64,000 bases of DNA from contig CBDBDQ010000005.1 of the NCBI GenBank assembly GCA_965203905.1, positions 3,104,001 through 3,168,000 on the forward strand. The letters are read 5' to 3'. The stretch comes from Spirochaetia bacterium (GTDB taxonomy: Bacteria; Spirochaetota; Spirochaetia; SZUA-6; Bin103). Below the pieces are notes generated by a model. That model did no database searches, was not told the DNA's origin, and saw nothing but the letters and a program-made list of their open reading frames with translations. Made by a program: the position numbers and the translations under genes. Below are positions 60,178-64,000 of the stretch, in pieces. How positions within the stretch are numbered: position 1 is the stretch's first letter; the number at the start of each line of letters is the position of its first letter.

Positions 60178-60268
60178 CCTCTCTCATTGTGACGCCGTTG
60201 CCGTGCCCTAGCTTACCAGCCAACACCGTCGCCCGCGCCAGCGGCGGCCAGACGACGAGTTGGGAGGT

Positions 60269-60913
60269 TCATCCGAAGACCTGGAGTAACTGCTCCGGGG
60301 TGAGTCCGTCCGCCGTCAGCTTGCGCTTCAGGCGCCGGCGCGCATCGTGCAGCAGCTTGTAGAGCGCGTTCCTGGTGCTCCCCATGCGCCGCGCCACCTC
60401 CTCCAGCGGCACGCCGTAGATTCCCACGGCCAGCAACGCCTGACGCTGCTTGGCGGTCAGCTCGCGGTCGATGTAGCGGTGCAGCAGTGCCAGCACGGCC
60501 TTCTTGCCGGCAATCTGGGCGGGACCGGGGGCGGAGTCGGGGAACTCCATTGCGGGCGTATCCGGCAGCGAGGTGATGAGGGAGTCGAGGGAGACGTCTC
60601 GCCAGCGCTTGCGGCGCAACTCGGTAAGTGCCACCCGTACGGCGATCTTGTGCGCCCAGGTGGTGAAGCGGCTCTCCCCGCGAAAGGAGGCAAGCTGCTC
60701 CAGGATCTTGAGCAGCGCCTCCTGTGCGAAATCCTCGGCCTGGGATTCGAATTCGGAGCCGGCGCCGCGCACCCGGCGCAGCAATCCGCGGTGCAGGCCG
60801 CTGACCAGGATACGCCGCAGATCGGCAATCGCGGCGTCGCGGGCTGGCCCCTCGGCCTGAAGGTCGGCCACCCACTGCTGGTTGGAGCGCCCCTCCACCG
60901 CCGGTACCGCCAT
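60269..60913 (-). CDS. ECF RNA polymerase sigma factor
   Basis: AEDFAQE, FRGESRFTTW and region 4 EEVARRMG..LHDARRRLK. Confidence 0.92.
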   Translation of the reverse strand: MAVPAVEGRSNQQWVADLQAEGPARDAAIADLRRILVSGLHRGLLRRVRGAGSEFESQAEDFAQEALLKILEQLASFRGESRFTTWAHKIAVRVALTELRRKRWRDVSLDSLITSLPDTPAMEFPDSAPGPAQIAGKKAVLALLHRYIDRELTAKQRQALLAVGIYGVPLEEVARRMGSTRNALYKLLHDARRRLKRKLTADGLTPEQLLQVFG

Positions 60914-61107
60914 CAGTCCATTGAAAGTGTAGCGGAGGTGTCCCCAGGAGCAAAGTGAGACGATGCGGTCGGTAGGGGGTACGGCTCACGCCGGCGCGCG
61001 CCGGGCTGGACAATGCCACCCGATAGATGCTCCACAATGGTGCCCGGTGACCGCGCCGAGCCGAAGCCGCGCGAGCGCGTGGGATACCGCACAAGGAGCA
61101 GAACCTG

Positions 61108-61899
61108 ATGGCAATTCGCGTAACGGTATGGAACGAATTCGTGCACGAGCAGACGAACGACTTCGTGCGCAGCATCTATCCCGATGGGATCCACGAGCAG
61201 ATCGCCGGCTACCTGCGGCGGCAGCCGGGCCTGGAGGTGGCGACCGCCACCCTGGAGCAACCGGAGCACGGCCTTACCGAGGAGGTGCTGGCACGCACCG
61301 ACGTGCTGATGTGGTGGGGGCACGCCGCCCACCGCAAGGTGCGCGACGACATCGTCGACCGCGTGCAGGAACGGGTACTCAATGGCATGGGCCTGGTGGT
61401 GCTGCATTCCGGGCACTTTTCGAAGATCTTCAAGCGCCTGATGGGGACCAGTTGCGGGCTGAGCTGGCGCGAGGCGGCGGAGCGGGAGCGGTTGTGGGTG
61501 GTGAACCCCAATCATCCCATCACCAAGGGCTGCGGCCGCTATATCGAGATCCCCAACGCCGAGATGTACGGCGAGTTCTTCGATATCCCGGAGCCCGACG
61601 AGTTGCTGTTCGTGAGCTGGTTCGAGGGTGGCGAGGTGTTTCGCAGCGGCGCGGTGTGGCATCGCGGCCGCGGCAAGGTGTTCTACTTCCGTCCCGGGCA
61701 CGAGACCTATCCCGTTTTCCACCACGAGGGGGTGCTCCACGTGCTGGCCAACGGGGTGCGCTGGTGCGCCTTCGCCGGCAACACCGAGACTACCGGCATT
61801 CTCTCGGGGACCAACGTGCCGGAGCCGCTGGAGCAGTTGAGCGAGAAGGACTACGAGCAGGGCGAGATCGAGCACCCGCAGGAGTCGCTGGCGCGCTGA
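61108..61899 (+). CDS. thuA: Trehalose utilization protein ThuA
   Basis: VWNEF.HE, YPDGIH, WWGH.AH, LHSGH, EMYGE and PGHETYP motifs. Confidence 0.9.
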   Translation: MAIRVTVWNEFVHEQTNDFVRSIYPDGIHEQIAGYLRRQPGLEVATATLEQPEHGLTEEVLARTDVLMWWGHAAHRKVRDDIVDRVQERVLNGMGLVVLHSGHFSKIFKRLMGTSCGLSWREAAERERLWVVNPNHPITKGCGRYIEIPNAEMYGEFFDIPEPDELLFVSWFEGGEVFRSGAVWHRGRGKVFYFRPGHETYPVFHHEGVLHVLANGVRWCAFAGNTETTGILSGTNVPEPLEQLSEKDYEQGEIEHPQESLAR

Positions 61900-62039
61900 G
61901 CGGCACCTTGACGCGTGACCGCGGGTACGCGCCCGGTTGTTGGACATCGAGACCCACACCGCAGGCATGCAGGGCACATGCGCCCGCGCGGACCCGTGCG
62001 AAGTATGATCGACCCTTCCGGGGTCGTCCGTATGGTGTA

Positions 62040-62654
62040 ATGGCTACCGAACGTGGGGCTTCGCGGCGGCTGTCGGGACGGCTTGGCGGCAAGGTGCTGG
62101 CGGTGCTGCTGCTGGGCCTGCTGCTGCCGGCCGCCTGCAACCGTGGCGAGGCGGACGCCGCCGGCGAGTCCGGGAGCACGGCGGCAAGCGCCGACCTGCC
62201 GCAGGTGGCGGACTTCGAGATCGTCGCCTACCAGAGCACAGCGGAGCTGGGCGGCGAACGAGTGCAGTTCAGCGACGTGCTGGCCCGCGGCAAACCGGTG
62301 GTGCTGAACTTCTGGGCCGGGCTGTGCCCGCCCTGTCGCGCCGAGATGCCGGAGTTCCAGGAGGTGTACGACCAGTTCAGCGACCGTATCCTGCTGCTGG
62401 GGATCGACCTGGGGCCGTTCACCGGCCTCGGTACCAGCGACCAGGGGCGCGCCTTGCTGGAGGAACTTGGAGTCACCTACCCGGCGGGCACCACCGAGGA
62501 CGCCTCGGTGGTCAGCCGCTTTCAGGTGCTGGGCATGCCCACCACGATGTTCGTCACCCCCGACGGCGGCATTACCCACAAGTGGACCGGCATCCTGACC
62601 CGCGAGAAGCTGACCGAGCTCACCGAAGAGCTGCTCGCGGTCGCGGAGGGCTGA
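62040..62654 (+). CDS. TlpA/ResA-family thiol-disulfide oxidoreductase (probable lipoprotein)
   Basis: VVLNFWAGLCPPCRAEMP and GMPTT motifs; LPAAC lipobox-like segment. Confidence 0.88.
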   Translation: MATERGASRRLSGRLGGKVLAVLLLGLLLPAACNRGEADAAGESGSTAASADLPQVADFEIVAYQSTAELGGERVQFSDVLARGKPVVLNFWAGLCPPCRAEMPEFQEVYDQFSDRILLLGIDLGPFTGLGTSDQGRALLEELGVTYPAGTTEDASVVSRFQVLGMPTTMFVTPDGGITHKWTGILTREKLTELTEELLAVAEG

Positions 62655-62656
62655 CC

Positions 62657-63520
62657 GTGAGTTCGTCGGGTAGCACCAGCGCCGGCGCTTCCACCGCGCG
62701 CCGCAACGAGATCATCTCCTTCGTGGTGCCGGCCCTGGTGGTGGCCGCGCTGCTGGGCGCGGTGATCCGGGTGCAGGCCAACGTGGAATCGGCCGCGGCC
62801 AACGTCAGCGTCACCCTGCCGTTCCTGTTCGCGTTCCTGGCCGGCATGGTGGCCAGCGTCAATCCCTGCGGCTTCGTGATGCTGCCTACCTACATCTCCT
62901 ACCACCTCGGCAACGAGGAGGAGGGGTTCTACCGGCGCTCGCTGCTGGAGCGCACCGGCCGCGGCCTGCTGCTCGGAGCGGCGGCCACCGGCGGCTTCAT
63001 CGCGGTGGCGGCGGCGGTGGGGCTGGTGGTTGCCGCGGGTGGCCAGTGGCTGATCGCCACCTTCCGCTTCTTCGGGGCGCTGCTGGGCGTGGTGCTGCTG
63101 GGGCTCGGCCTGTGGCTGCTGCTCGGCCGCGGCAAGCTGGCGCTCATGGCCGCCAGCCGGGTCCACGTCAACCCGCGGCGCAACCTCGGCAACGTGGTCG
63201 CCTTTGGCGCCGCCTACTCGATCAGCTCGCTGAGCTGCACCCTGCCGATCTTCCTGGCGGTGGTCGGCATCGGGCTCGGCACCCAGGGGCTGGGAGCCGC
63301 GTTCGGCCAGTTCATGGGCTACGCGCTGGGGATGGGTTCGGTGCTGGTCGCGGTGACCGTGGGCGCGGCCCTGTTTCGCGGCGCGGTGGCGCGCTGGCTG
63401 CGCGGATCGATGCTCGCCATCAGCCGCGCCAGCGCCATGTTCCTGGTCGGCGCCGGCGGCTACCTCATCTACTACTGGGTGGTATTCGCCGACGCCTTCG
63501 GCTGGTTCGCCGCCCGCTGA
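62657..63520 (+). CDS. ccdA: Cytochrome c biogenesis CcdA/DsbD transmembrane protein
   Basis: NPCGFVMLP and SLSCTLPIF cysteine motifs; multiple TM helices. Confidence 0.82.
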   Translation: MSSSGSTSAGASTARRNEIISFVVPALVVAALLGAVIRVQANVESAAANVSVTLPFLFAFLAGMVASVNPCGFVMLPTYISYHLGNEEEGFYRRSLLERTGRGLLLGAAATGGFIAVAAAVGLVVAAGGQWLIATFRFFGALLGVVLLGLGLWLLLGRGKLALMAASRVHVNPRRNLGNVVAFGAAYSISSLSCTLPIFLAVVGIGLGTQGLGAAFGQFMGYALGMGSVLVAVTVGAALFRGAVARWLRGSMLAISRASAMFLVGAGGYLIYYWVVFADAFGWFAAR

Positions 63521-63545
63521 ATTCCTTCCAGCCACGGCCGCCAAG

Positions 63546-64000
63546 TCATGTTTGGCGTCTTGGTTGCGATTGCATCGAGTAGTAGAGGGCGTGCAACCGG
63601 TTGGGGAACCGGTATCCGCCGCGCACGTCCGGATCGGACAGCAGCGCACCCAGGTTTCTCATCCGTCGCAGGAAGTTGTCCAATACCCGCCGCTCTTCCT
63701 GCGTGAGACGCGCCGCGAGCTCCCCTCGATGAAACGTCATTCGTGACGGCTCGCCCGCCATCTTGCGCAGGATCGCGCGGTAGCGATCGCTCTGAATTGC
63801 TCGAAAAACCTGTGGTTCCAGCAGTTTCCTTCCGATTATCTCGGCTGCTCTGGCGACACCGGTAACAATCTCGTCCTGAGTGATAGTCTGAGATCGAGCC
63901 GTGTGCCAGACGGCGTCGCCGATCTCATGGGCGAGGACCGGAAGGCCGCCCGTGTATCGCTCCAGGAATCGCAGACTGGCCGCCGACAACACTGCATTTC
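63546..64000 (-). CDS. C-terminal part of a probable P-loop ATPase with winged-helix tail (runs off the window)
   Basis: YTGGLPVLAHEIG (GxP motif) and GGYRFPNRL ending. Confidence 0.5.
   Translation of the reverse strand, partial: NAVLSAASLRFLERYTGGLPVLAHEIGDAVWHTARSQTITQDEIVTGVARAAEIIGRKLLEPQVFRAIQSDRYRAILRKMAGEPSRMTFHRGELAARLTQEERRVLDNFLRRMRNLGALLSDPDVRGGYRFPNRLHALYYSMQSQPRRQT

Noticed and set aside
59827-63520. ECF/anti-sigma, thuA, tlpA-ccdA cluster as a novel system
   Set aside because: All are well-known families in ordinary arrangements

Overview
High-GC bacterial chromosomal window dominated by carbohydrate/oligosaccharide uptake and catabolism: five ABC importer cassettes (two Opp/Dpp-type, three carbohydrate-type, none with an ATPase gene), two sulfatases, a sialidase-like protein, two GHL10-like hydrolases, an HpcH aldolase, a Gfo/Idh/MocA oxidoreductase, a sugar epimerase, an enolase-superfamily enzyme and ThuA. 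The style of the binding-protein N-termini suggests a Spirochaetia-like host (inference only). Interspersed are eroding accessory regions: six toxin-antitoxin-like pairs (several toxins internally deleted), two AAA-ATPase/PD-(D/E)XK genes (one frameshifted), a broken SNF2 helicase, a MITE-like element with 41-bp inverted repeats, and collapsed scrap copies of genes that are intact elsewhere in the window. The best candidate for an undescribed system is a lower-GC two-gene operon at 46048-48110: a small protein with an ADP-ribosyltransferase-toxin-like motif, translationally coupled to an HTH-IrrE/ImmA zinc metallopeptidase. No rRNA, tRNA, CRISPR array, integrase or transposase was seen. All family calls come from motif recognition by eye, not database searches.
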